DNA of 63,026 bases, the filler included, from Octopus bimaculoides (lineage: Eukaryota): assembly GCF_001194135.2 (NCBI RefSeq). It is 7 parts of 6 records of this genome, joined end to end, with 100 filler letters (N's around TTAATTAATTAA, not from the genome) between each part and the next. Parts side by side here need not be neighbours in the genome. Positions count along the whole stretch, not along the records: positions 44,328 to 51,786 come from NC_068989.1; positions 51,887 to 60,658 come from NC_068981.1; positions 60,759 to 63,026 come from NW_026345669.1; 4 more parts are not named here. The stretch is one strand, 5' to 3'. Positions 51,181-63,026 of the stretch are shown one piece after another. The notes beneath the pieces were generated by a model. That model was not told where the DNA came from and searched no databases. It worked only from the letters and a program-made list of their open reading frames with translations. Position numbers and translations under genes: made by a program. The stretch's first letter is position 1. Each line of letters starts with the position of its first letter.

Positions 51181-51786
51181 CATAAGATTCGGCCAAGCTA
51201 GCAAGACGCTGAGAAACACCGTGTTCTGCTGTCTAATCCGACAGCCCCACTTCATTAGAACATTCGTCTCCTCCAAGCTATGCACAAAATCTGTCAATTC
51301 AGCTGCCAAGCAGTTAGGACTCACAGAACATCAAGCAAGAAAATTAAACATACGATATTGCAAAACATCAAAAAAAAAAAAAANNNNNNNNNNNNNNNNN
51401 NNNNNNNNNAAACAGAAATCAGCCAGTACCAAAAACGAGTCCTGCTGCATGAAGTAAAAAAAAAAGACACCACTATTCCACACGAAAGAAAGAACCATCT
51501 AACATGAATCTAACATATAACAAGAATAAGGCCGAGTTAACCATGCCTGTAACAAACAGTTCAGCAATAAACTCAAGTGGATGAAACAGCAACAACACCG
51601 ATCCCAGCATGGTAAGAATCAATACAAATACCTAAACAATATCGATGAGATTGTCATGTCAAAATGTAAACTACCAGACGACTTTGACGCCAGGACACCG
51701 GAAGACAAAACCACCATCAAGAAGAAGAAGAAGAAGAAGGCGAAGAAGAAGAAGACGGAGAAGAAGAAAAAGAAGAAGAAGAAAAA

Positions 51787-51886
51787 NNNNNNNNNNNNNN
51801 NNNNNNNNNNNNNNNNNNNNNNNNNNNNNNTTAATTAATTAANNNNNNNNNNNNNNNNNNNNNNNNNNNNNNNNNNNNNNNNNNNN
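51787..51886. other. Artificial assembly join
   Basis: N run + TTAATTAATTAA (51831-51842) + N run. Confidence 0.95.
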
Positions 51887-52030
51887 TAGGTAAGTTCAAC
51901 AGACACCTATCCACCCGACTCTTCAAAAAACCTCCTCACGAGCGTCCCTGAAGAGTCCCTTGCAAAAGATACACAAAAAAGTAAGTAACCCTGTCTCTCT
52001 TGCCTTTGTGTTTGAAGCACGACTTTCGAC

Positions 52031-52200
52031 ATGGCGTTGCTCACCTTGGGTAGTGTGAATGTCCGTGGTTTAGCAAGCCCTTGGAAACAAGGGTACCTGT
52101 TGAACGACGTGAAAGTACTAGGTATCGATATCATTGCCATCTTGGAGACAAGACTTTCCAACCCGCGGTCCCTCCAGCACATGTTCGGTGTGTCTAATAA
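52031..52200 (+). mobile_element. L1/Tx1-type ORF2 start (AP endonuclease motif I-II), truncated by (ATCT)n
   Basis: MALLTLGSVNVRGL...GIDIIAILETRL. Confidence 0.75.
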
Positions 52201-54329
52201 AAGAAATCTATCTATCTATCTATCCATCTGTCTGTCTATCCATCTATCTATCAATCTATCTGTCTGTCTGTCTGTCTGTCTGACTGTGTGTCTGTCCGTC
52301 CGTCTGTTTGTCCGTCTGCCTGTTTACGAATCTATCTATTTATCTGTTTGTCTGCTGTTTGTGTATCTGTATATCTATTTTTTTAAACGTGTCTGTGTAA
52401 CACACACAAACACATACACATACACATACACGCCCGCAAACTTACACACATACATACATGCACACCACACATAACATTGGGCAAGTATTATATTTGAATT
52501 AAACCACATTTTTTTAAATACAATATCAAAACCGAGTCACTGAATAATATGATCATAATATTTCATGACTGGAAGATATCATAAAGAGGTGCAAGGGTCA
52601 TATAGTGGTAAAAATAGAAAATAAAATGAAATAAATTAAAATAAAAACTGTGGAATCTTAAGAATTCTTCTTTCAAGCATTCAATGGAGATATCAAGCTA
52701 ATTGTCGCTAGGCGAAACCAAAACTAATAGTGGACGTATTCTTCGAAATTCACTTGATAATAATACACGAACAAGTAGTTGGGATAAAAGGCAATTGAGA
52801 ATACGCTGTATAACTCTGCATGATGAAAAATTTGATGTTAAAAACATGATAGTGTAGGATGGAGCACAGGAAAGATTGAAGTTCAGTTTCGAACATGAGT
52901 GCCTTCGAACTACTAACGTTCCAGATACCATTATGAAAGCCCTTGGCAACCTGATATCTTTCGGTTGTTAAATACTGGAAGTTATTGTCCTGTCTCTAAT
53001 AATATTCAATGTCGCATATTTATATATCAAATGCGCAGTCTCTTAATGAGGAGGTTTATATTTCGTGGACCATAACCAAATAGTAATTTATTTTGCCACG
53101 AAGAGCAGCAATGTACACTAATAATAAATTTCTTACAAAGTACTAGAAAACTAGTGAGAATACACACCAAAAAATGCTAAAATCTATAAATGCTAAAATG
53201 TATAAAAGGGACACTCACAATAATTACAAAAATTATTGAATGGATATATAAAGCTAATATATCATTACATAGTTGTGGCTTGAAGGAATTTAGAATCAGC
53301 TGGATAAAATAACTCTGCACAAGTAAGAAACAGCAATCGACCTCATATTTAGTTTCGACATACGTCTCATCATACATCACCGCCCATCTTTCATATAATT
53401 GCAATAGTCGAAAGTACTCGGTCTCAATGTCTCTTCGAATGAGTTTTGAGACGAGGAGAGTAAAAGAATATTGCACTTGCGTAAAGGTATTTGTTAAGAG
53501 CTTTGTTTTATATTGGTTTTCTGTTTTACGCAGGTTTTACGTAATTGGTGTCCATTTCTTCACAAACATACATTGCATAACTCACATAATAATGGCGTAA
53601 ATTATTTTGCCCCAAAATTGTTCTGTAGTTGTTGTAAGGCGTATTCAAATTTTTGACATGTGGTGGAGATTGTGCTCTTTTTCAGTTTTATCTTTCCTTC
53701 ATTTTGGTTGTATATTTGTGGTTCATCTTTTATTGTTTTCTTTCTTACATTCTGAAATATTGTTCGCTTCTTTATCTAGCTTTTAGTTTAAAAGTTTATA
53801 TTTCTCTGCCTTAATCAGACCAAAAGAGTAAATATCCTTGCACATATCAAGTGGGACGTCGACCAAATATTCTTCACTTTTCATTATACAGATTCATGTT
53901 GACATCATTCTTCACAGTCCCTCTGTGCATTAATCGATCAAGAACGCACAATGCTTCTTAGATATCTTCCCTCATCACTTTTTCATTGCCACTCGTCTGA
54001 CATTTCCAGTCATTCATATGTCTGTAGCATGGGTTTTCGCGTTTTGAAGCATTAGAAATTTGCTGTTTCTGCGCAATATCTTCCTTTTCTACATACGCAT
54101 CGTCTTAAAACTATTTCATATTCATAAACGTCCTACTAAGTCCTGTGATTAATGCTAAGACAGCACATAGAAGTAACTCAGGCCAACATCCGAAATGCAC
54201 AAACCGAATAGCTCCGATATACAGTACAGAAAAGGCTGAAAGGCAGGACATATTTTCCCAACCATTGGTAAACACAGTTGAGACTGAAATCTTACGTTGT
54301 GATTCTTCTGTAAAATATTCCAAGGGCAT

Positions 54330-54790
54330 AATTTTCAAGCATTGCCGCTCGAAATCCAAGTTTTTCATGAAACTACCCATCAATGGTTAGTGTCTTCTAG
54401 TTTAAAATCAAAGACAGAATGGTTTATCATAGCAGCCCAAGATCGATGCCTACCTACAAGGAGCTACCAGGCCAACATATCAAAGAACGGCAGTAGCCCA
54501 ACATGTTATGTATGTAATGAAGAAAATGCAACAATCGATCATGTAGCCTCCGCTGGAAAACTAGAAAGCAAGAAATACAAGATGTAGGACTTTAACATTC
54601 GGACTGACAGAATAATAGAAGATAGAAAGCCTGATTACGTAGCAGTAGATAAAGGGAATAGAAAGTGCCAGATAATTGACTTTACAGTCCCAAATTATGA
54701 AAACTTTATATGAGAAGTATAGAGAAAATAGCAAAATACCAGGAAAGACCATTTTGCGATAAACATGGTTATAGTGAAGAACTATAAGCG
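54330..54790 (+). mobile_element. R4/Dong-clade LINE C-terminal fragment (CCHC + restriction-like endonuclease)
   Basis: TEWFIIAAQDRCLPTRSY...CYVCNEENATIDHV...DFNIRTDRIIEDRKPD...IIDFTVP. Confidence 0.75.
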
Positions 54791-54794
54791 GTAC

Positions 54795-56613
54795 CAAATA
54801 AATTATGCATGACCTGGATAGACTTCAAAAAGGCTTACGTGTTGCCGTATTCGTGGATATTGGAAACACTTGACATGTGTGGAATAGCTGAGAACGTGTC
54901 TGCACTGATTAAGAACAGCAGACCTAGTTGGAAAACGTGTCTTTCCTGTAACAACCAGAAATTAGCCGAGGTAACAATCAAAAAAGGTGTCTTCCAAGGA
55001 GACTCTTGTTCACCTCAGCTTTTTATTCTAGCCTTGATCCCATTTTGTGTAGTCCTACGTAAAATCAACGGTCCCTAGGATCTGAGAAGGAACGCACCTC
55101 GTCTCAACCACCTATTTATAGATGATTTTACACTGTCCGCAAAAACAGCCTGAAATGGTGAGGCTGGTTGAGACTGTGCAAACGTGCAGCAAGGATATAG
55201 GGATAGAATTCGGTATCTTGAAGTGTGCGGTTCTTACTCTGAAGCGGGGAAAGACAGTAAATTGCAGAGGCATAACATTGTCAAACGGAGAGAGAATGGG
55301 AGATCCTATGATGATGGGTACAAGTACCTTGGGATTCTGGAACTGGTCAATATCTTGCACAGAGAAATATAAGACAATGTCATCACTACATATTTCTCGT
55401 GAAATCAAAGCTCAACTCGAAGAATCCTGTTACAGCCATCAACATATGGGCTGATGCTGCAATCCGCTATTGTGACCATCCCGAGATGGACACAAGCGGA
55501 GATTGACCAACTCCATCGTACTACCCGAAAGATAATGACAATGCATGGTGCTCTCCACCCTAAGGCAATCGTACGCAGGCTCTACATAAAGAGAGTAAAG
55601 GGTAGACGTAGGATGATTAGTGAACGGGAGTGCATCAACAGTGAAAGGAAAAACATAGCAGAATATATGGTAAACAGCAAAGGAGACCTGCTACAGTATG
55701 CTGCTAGTGCAGGAGTTAACAGAAATGAATTCCGAACAAGAACAGCCAACAAGAGAGAAAAAACCCTACTCCGTATGGAATCACATGGTCAGTTCCACCG
55801 GGAAACCAACAAATTAAAAGACCAGGAAGCATCATGGAGGTACTCCAAGAGGATGAACTAAAAAGAATACTAGAAGCCTTCTCGACGCGGCCCAGAATTA
55901 GTCATTGAATACCAACTCAGTGAAAAAGAATATATACCACGCAAGTGCATCGGACCTCTGCAGAATGTGTCGGAAGAGGTTCGAAATTGTGATTCGCATT
56001 GTTAGTGCTTGTGAAAGTCTTGTGCACAAAGTGTACAAGCGTAGGCACGACAAAATAGCCCAAACCCTCCACTGGCTATTATGCCGTAAATATGGATATG
56101 AGATTACGGGTGCTTGGTACCAACATTCACCAGAAAAGGTAATGGACGAAAAGGGGAAGTCAAAAATTCTCTAGGACTTTGATTTCGAGACAAATTGTGT
56201 TAGAGTACCGGAGGTCGGATATAGTGACCTGTAAGAGAGACTTACAAGAGAGACTAATAATCGACGTAGTAGTACCAGGACTACATGAAAGAAAGAAAAA
56301 AAGTTGATAAATATGGAGACCTGAGAATTGAGATTGCTAAGATGTGGCAGCTACGAGAGCCGAACATAAAGGTTATCCTTATTGTAATCGAAGCATTGGA
56401 TTCAATAGCACCCAATCTGAATAAAATATCTGAAAACCTTAGAAATACCCTACAATCAAGATGTATTGCAAAATTCGGCATAACTTGGAACTGCACGCAT
56501 ATTGCATAAAGTACTGTATGTCTGAGGCCCTTGTGACTTGACAAGCAGTACAAATTCCTAGTAGATATATCTTCAATCAACAAGCTCACGATATTGCATA
56601 CTGCGTGACGTCT
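54795..56613 (+). mobile_element. 5'-truncated R4/Dong-clade LINE (RT, CCHC, REL endonuclease, 3' UTR) ending in (TAA)n
   Basis: WIDFKKAY, KKGVFQGDSCSP, YKYLG, CRMC...RRHDKIA..LHW.LC, EKKVDKYGDL; many frameshifts; followed by a (TAA/GAT)n tract. Confidence 0.9.
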
Positions 56614-56649
56614 ATAATAATAATGATAATGATGATGATGATGCTGATG

Positions 56650-56682
<33 letters not shown>

Positions 56683-56693
56683 GTAATATTATA

Positions 56694-56728
<35 letters not shown>

Positions 56729-57056
56729 GATAATGATATTAATAATGTATGTACCAAGAAAAAGAGGGGTAAGAGGACTTTTTGATCACGAGCAGAAGTA
56801 GTGGGGGAACGTCATAGCAATGTGCTGAAAGGAACTTTGTGGGATTTAAATAATTCACCTCTGGAAACATGGGTGTTTTGTTTATCATCCTTAAACAAAC
56901 CTAATAATTCTAATAACAACTAGCAGTACCGGTGGAAATTCAACGGGGATTTTGTTAATTGTTTGATGGAAACTTATATTTGATTTTTGAGAAAGTGTAA
57001 AAGTGAACATAAGTAGTATTCATGTTGCAGTCTGTCTGTCTGCCTGTCAGTATATC

Positions 57057-57134
<78 letters not shown>

Positions 57135-57306
57135 ATCATAAATATACAGGGATTAGCTTGAGTTGCTTCTCCAACATACTGAGAATTTAGAAATAGCAGT
57201 CAAAGAACTACTGATTCCAAACTACAAATTATTTCTCTAACGGACGATTCTCTGCCCTCTATCTGTATATTTTATTACTAATTGACGATTCTCTGCCTTC
57301 TATATG

Positions 57307-57349
<43 letters not shown>

Positions 57350-58154
57350 TCTACTGATAGTTCTGTCGATGTATCTTTCTGTCTACTCTAATAATATGGA
57401 TACACATTTGAATCAAATAACTCAAAACAAACCTAAATAACAGCGGTGCCCTAGCATTGTTCAGCCTTTGGACTGCTACATATGAAAAGATAAAAGTAAC
57501 ACGCATAGCTATTTGCTAATATTATTTCCCTTTGATTCATCTGTGTTGATATATCTAGCCATCTGTCTATGAACGAATCGATCCATCCACAGAAACAAGG
57601 GCAAATTGAATATCTAGAAACGGTTGAACAATAAAACCTATGAAAATAAATATACTTTCATTTTTAATGTTCTTAGAAATATTCCAACTCCACTACATAA
57701 TTGCAATACCTTTCTCATCGATAACTCTTCTTTCTCTTTCTCCCACTCTTTTTCCCTCTCTTTCTCTTTCTGCCTCTCCTTTGAACTAATCACGTGACTG
57801 TGTAATGCATAGCTGGATATAACGTCACTACTCTCTTTCTCTCTTTCTCATTTTCTCTCTTTCTCATTTTCTCTCTTTCTCATCTTCTCTCTTTCTCTGG
57901 TTCTCATTCTTAGTATAACTGTCCTTTCTCTCTATCTATCTCCCCTCTTTTCTATTTAACGTCACCACTACAACCTCACACTTCTGCTAAGCATTGTATT
58001 TCTAACCTTCATTCTGTATACCTCTCTCTTCAATTAACTATGTGACAGCGGAACGCAATTGCCCTTAGCTTATTAAAATAAACAACAACAACAACAACAA
58101 CAACAGCAACAGCTGCAGCAGCAGCAACAACAACAACAACAACAATAATAATAG

Positions 58155-58692
58155 CCCTGATGCAATATCAGGCAGTGGCTCTCATGGGTTTTGATCTTAA
58201 CTGATTGGAAGTGCTATCATGTACATTGTTTTGTCTTGGTATAAAAGATGGACTACAGCAAATATTCTGCTTAATACCACAGATTTGCTTGTCAGTTGTT
58301 TGACTTTAACCAGTTGAGCATGTCCGCTGGTGGTTGACGATATGTGCATCTCTGATCACGAGCAGAAGTAGTGGGGGAGCATCATAGTCATGTGTTGAGA
58401 GGAATTTTGTGGGGTTTGAATAATTCACCTTTGGAAACATGGGTGTTTTGTTCATAATCCTTAAAGCAAATCCTATTCAGGGACCTTTTAAGCAGGATGG
58501 GCCACTCGAACCGGGGAAAATTCTAACTGTTCTCCACTTGCAAGTTCCTGCGCTGTTTATCTTGATATAATTCACCATGTGATGCATGTGCCTGGTGTAA
58601 CCTTATTAGACGGGTAGCCATGGCTATATTGGGCTTCCTGTATTTGTACCCCAGTAACACTTTGATAGCATACGCTGCTCTCTCATTAAATG
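58155..58692 (+). mobile_element. Longest copy of the (AAT)n-associated non-coding element
   Basis: Preceded by (CAA)n(TAA)n and ends in CTGCTCTCTC; homologous to 47140-47600. Confidence 0.8.
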
Positions 58693-58709
58693 ACAATAAT
58701 ATATAAATC

Positions 58710-59040
58710 ATGTTTTACATGGATGATTTAAAGCTTTTTTCTAAAAAATAGCCAACAACTATAAGGCTTACTAGCAATTGTTAAACAGTTTAATGATGAC
58801 ATCAGAATGGAATTTGGTCTCGATAAAAGTGCAAAAGCTACGATTATCAGAGGAAAACTGGTGGAAACATCCAACCTTAATCTTGTCCAGCAGAATGTCA
58901 TAAAGGAGTTAGAACCAGAGGAGAGCTTCAAATACAAAGGGGTATTTGAAGGTGATGGAGCCAAACATTCAATGATGCGGGAAAAGATCAGAAAAGAATG
59001 TTATTGCTGGGTAAAGGCAATACTCAAGACACAGCTGAAA
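58710..59040 (+). mobile_element. R4/Dong-clade RT fragment
   Basis: YMDDLKLF...DIRMEFGLDKSAKATIIRGK...ESFKYKG. Confidence 0.8.
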
Positions 59041-59089
59041 AGCAATGGAGATAGGCTGTTACTTTAGAAAATCCTTCTTCTGTTACCTA

Positions 59090-59690
59090 GGGAGCCCATG
59101 CTTTTTCTGTAAGATGTCAGCTCAGTTTTCCATCTCACCATACTTCTTCTTCAGGAAACACCTTACATTCCTCGCAATGCCAAACAGATCTAAGCTGGTG
59201 ATGATCCCCGAATGTGAAATCATGTCATAAGCTTAGCGATAGTGAATCCAGGCCATTCGCAGATTTGTTCTCCTTCACTTACAATCTTACATTATCATTT
59301 TGTGTATCAATAGTTGATCTTTGGTACCTCTGCGTCTTCTACTATAACCTTTTTTGTTCCGGCGGTATTATATCTTTCTCATCAAGAAATTTATACAATT
59401 CTTCTGCAATTTCTCCTGACAGTAACGTCCACATTAACGGGTGGCAGGATAGTGGTCTGTAATTGTCAGCAATATTTCCCTTTGATGTATCCTTCAGGCA
59501 CAACACCATTCATCTTACGTCAACTAGCCCGGATTTCATCTTCTCCATTGATCAATGTATTAAATTGTTCTGTGATCAATTTATGGTAACTACTGAACTT
59601 TTTTTTTTATCCAAGATCCCTGTACACTATCAGGTCCTGCTGCTTTCCAACTGCTTATATTTTTACTCATAATTATGATAATGTCTTCTC
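59090..59690 (-). mobile_element. R4/Dong-clade RT N-terminal fragment starting at a (TAA)n tract
   Basis: SWKAAGPDSVQGSWIKK...NYRPLSC...EQK...GTKDQLLI...AW...AYDM. Confidence 0.8.
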
Positions 59691-59752
<62 letters not shown>

Positions 59753-60306
59753 GGATGAAATCTGAAACCATGACGAAACAGGAACTGAGAATCCGTAAAA
59801 AACAATGAAAGCGGACTGTGTTGTAATGTAAACAATCTCAGGAAATGGAAGGATTTTTCTGATATGGAGGTGTATATATGTACAAGAACTCTACAGCAAC
59901 ACGTGAATAAAAATCTAAACAAATGGACTGCAATATTTCTATACGAAAACTTCAAACCTTTGGGTAAAATTTTAAATTTTAATTACATATTCATGCATAT
60001 TTATACTTCTTAGCGGTTTCTCGCTGATATATCAACAATAATTATAACCAGAAAAGAAACATCAACAAATGTCCATGGGCGGTGTTCAGTTAAAAAAGTA
60101 AACGCTGTAAAAACGGACACATACCAGAATACAGCAGCGAATACCTAACAGCATAGACGAGTGACAGTGAGGTGCCGGGAAGATGGATCAAATCTGAAAC
60201 TATCACGAACCTGGAAGTAAGAATCCGCGAAAACAGTGAAGCAATGAAAGAAAATTATATCTTGATGTCAGCCATCTCGAGAAACTAAACGATTGTACTT
60301 GTATGC

Positions 60307-60377
<71 letters not shown>

Positions 60378-60658
60378 TCATAAATATAAGGGATTAGCAA
60401 TTGAGCTGTTTCTCCAACATACTGAAAATTCAGAAACAGCAGTCAAAGAACTACTGATTCTAAACTACAAATTTTTCTCTAAAACGGATGGCGATATTTA
60501 TATTTGATATCTCTAAGTTAGATAGTTAAACTGTAACCCCTCCACACGGAGCTTTTTTTCATACGGGACTATTTGTGGCGCACATGGAATGGATTTCTTT
60601 GGGATGGGATGCCTGAACTCGCTGGCCGATGAATTCGTGAGTACCTTTCTTATCGTTG

Positions 60659-60758
60659 NNNNNNNNNNNNNNNNNNNNNNNNNNNNNNNNNNNNNNNNNN
60701 NNTTAATTAATTAANNNNNNNNNNNNNNNNNNNNNNNNNNNNNNNNNNNNNNNNNNNN
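60659..60758. other. Artificial assembly join
   Basis: 44 N + TTAATTAATTAA + 44 N. Confidence 0.95.
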
Positions 60759-61869
60759 AACAAGACAGTAAAAACAAACGGTGAGGGTTGTTGAGCCAAG
60801 ACGATAGGAAAATTATTATGAACGCTAGGAAGACGAGCCATGAGAGGAGACAAGAAAAGGCACGTCTTTTCTTTAGGAAGGCAGTGGACAGAGAGAGAAA
60901 TCCCCTTTCGTCACATGTCAGCGACAAGAGAGTCAAGGAGGCAGAGTGAGAGAGAGAGGGAACGGTGAAAAGGAGAGAAGAATAGGGAAAGGGTGGGAGA
61001 GAAAAACAGAAAGGATGAAGAACCAGAGAGGGAGAGTGATAGTCAGAGAGGGGATAGTAGAAGAGTGCGCATCGTAATTATTAAGATAAAACTTACTTGG
61101 AAAAGGATGCGTGGCGTTCGATCATATAATAATATAAATAATATATAAATACAAGCATATCTTCATACATATATGTACATACCTACATATATATGCATAT
61201 ATACTTGCATATATGAGTACAGGACATGAAAAAAACGTATATATATATATAAACACACGCACACACAAACACATATATTATTAAGATTCAGTATAATTAG
61301 GTACATAAACTGAGGAACCTTGCTGGTTCGGTATAATATGCACACCTGAACAATAATATTTCAATACTGAATATCAAGACTTTGTGTAGGAGTATTCGTA
61401 CCCAATATTCCTGTCATATGTGTAGACAACGCAACCCAGCTAAGTGAAGATACCCGCTCTTGGTAATTCAGACATGTACATTTTATAAAGCTGCCTTCTA
61501 TTGTATTTCCGAAGTGTAGATTCCAAGTTAGGTGAACAGAATATAAATAAGTAACAATGATGTACAGGTGTCAATTCATTACGGAAGTTTAAAGCGGCTC
61601 CTTTTAACTTATTAATGAAAAAATTGCATCAATTTAAAATAAACTGTTGTCGTCAGATGACTGCATAGACTTCAAACATAAAGAATAAACCATTTTTTAA
61701 AACAAATTTATATCAATAAGGAAAACTAGAATATTTACATTGTTTCCTTTTGTTATATTTGTGGCAGAGTGAGTTAATTCACTAGACTCCCAATGTACTG
61801 GGACCATATATCCAACTTTATCTACATAAAGGGGTAGGATGCAAGGTTGGGATTAAGAGAATGTCTGAT

Positions 61870-63026
61870 GGAGAAGGAATGGTAACTGAAAGAAAGAAGG
61901 GTGGGCAATACTTATTTAGATTATCAAATAAAGGGGAATATAATAAAAAATCAAAAGAACTAGGTAATATAAACTTTAGGGGTGGAAATGAAAATTGAAT
62001 GAAACGGGAGGTAGTAATTTAAAACTTAGCAAATCTATAATATTAAATTGAGAAAAAATAAATCAATATATAGAATAAGGATAAAAATTAAACTTAAAAC
62101 CTAATAATGGGATGCCTTAATATATAACAAAAATTATTAGAAATGTTTTAAGCCTATTGCTTTGAAGGTCATGTTAAAGACATTCTGAAATGAATGTATA
62201 ACGGAATTATATTATCATATGGGTAGAAGTACATAGTATATTTTAAAGCAATAAAAAGAATATATATTAAGGCAATAAAAAGAACTATTTTTTTCATTAG
62301 GGGTGGATAAGTATAAGATAATGTGAAATATGGTATCGAATATAAGAGGTAATTGAATTAGAGGTATACTAAATATATAAAAGAGTACATTCTGAAGCAA
62401 TACCTAAACCGATTTGGGTATGTAAACATTTAATGAATATTGCATGATTAAAAAATATACTGAAATAAGGATTCCCATATCCAGTAAATTATGTAAAAAG
62501 ACCTTATAAAATAAAATTTATAAATTACGAACGGTAGTAAAGTTTATGAAAGGATATACAAATGTACAAAAATATCAAATATAGATATGAAAAATTTATA
62601 AAATATAATGTGTAATTATAAATCTAAAATATAGTATTGTCTTATACAGTGAGTTTTAGGAAGAGAAATTATAAACACTTTATAAGATATAGAAGCTACA
62701 CAAATGTATAAGAATGGTTTATAAATACATAAATTTTATAATATAAAATATGAAAACCATAACAGTTTTTTTAAACAATTTCATAAGATATTTCTTTACA
62801 AAATGATATAAAAAGAAAAGATAAGTCAAAACGAAATACAATAAACAAATAAAGATTATTTTATAAATTAAGATATAAGTTATATTGGTATAATTTAAGA
62901 AATCTTAGATATGATATTATTATAAATTCCATATAAAATAAAAATATATGTATCAAACATATAATTTAAAAAATTTAAATAAAGATACATTTGGAAATGT
63001 GCTTATAAAATATTTCTTAAATACAT
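61870..63026 (-). mobile_element. Possible highly diverged, very AT-rich Penelope-like remnant
   Basis: Faint motifs in the expected order on the - strand (HTQIGLGIASECTLL, YIRY, PYDNIIPLYIH, NFYPYS); many stops. Confidence 0.3.

Noticed and set aside
53177-53476. ORF with AVMYDETYV as a P-element/THAP9 transposase
   Set aside because: Only one short motif is similar, with no TIRs or other catalytic motifs.
61800-63026. AT-rich tail as a mitochondrial insertion (NUMT)
   Set aside because: No recognisable mitochondrial protein, tRNA or rRNA; faint PLE motifs explain it better.

Overview
Eukaryotic, AT-rich, microsatellite-dense animal DNA. The SINE families and the (TA)n/(CA)n/(TATG)n/(ATCT)n profile point to an octopus genome; this is inference and was not checked against a database. 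Six identical 100-bp artificial joins (44 N + TTAATTAATTAA + 44 N) cut the window into seven pieces whose adjacency may not be real. The piece at 18850-44227 holds eight consecutive, phase-compatible + strand exons (860 nt) of a diaphanous-type formin (GBD/FH3 region). The last exon is followed by a perfect minor-spliceosome AT-AC donor (ATATCCTTT at 42468), and the first exon carries an in-frame 30-nt tandem duplication. The stretch of that piece counted by hand is strongly CpG-poor and several old repeats in it show CpG decay, consistent with gene-body methylation. The rest is mostly transposon debris: Penelope-like elements (RT, GIY-YIG), RTE, Tx1/L1 and R4/Dong LINEs, a Gypsy integrase, pogo, mariner and hAT elements, MITEs and tRNA-type SINEs. 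The most unusual non-coding signal is two families of minimal hammerhead-ribozyme-like motifs with atypical cores, found in inverted-repeat pairs (1940-2384; 25985-29080) and in a further copy at 25663-25754.
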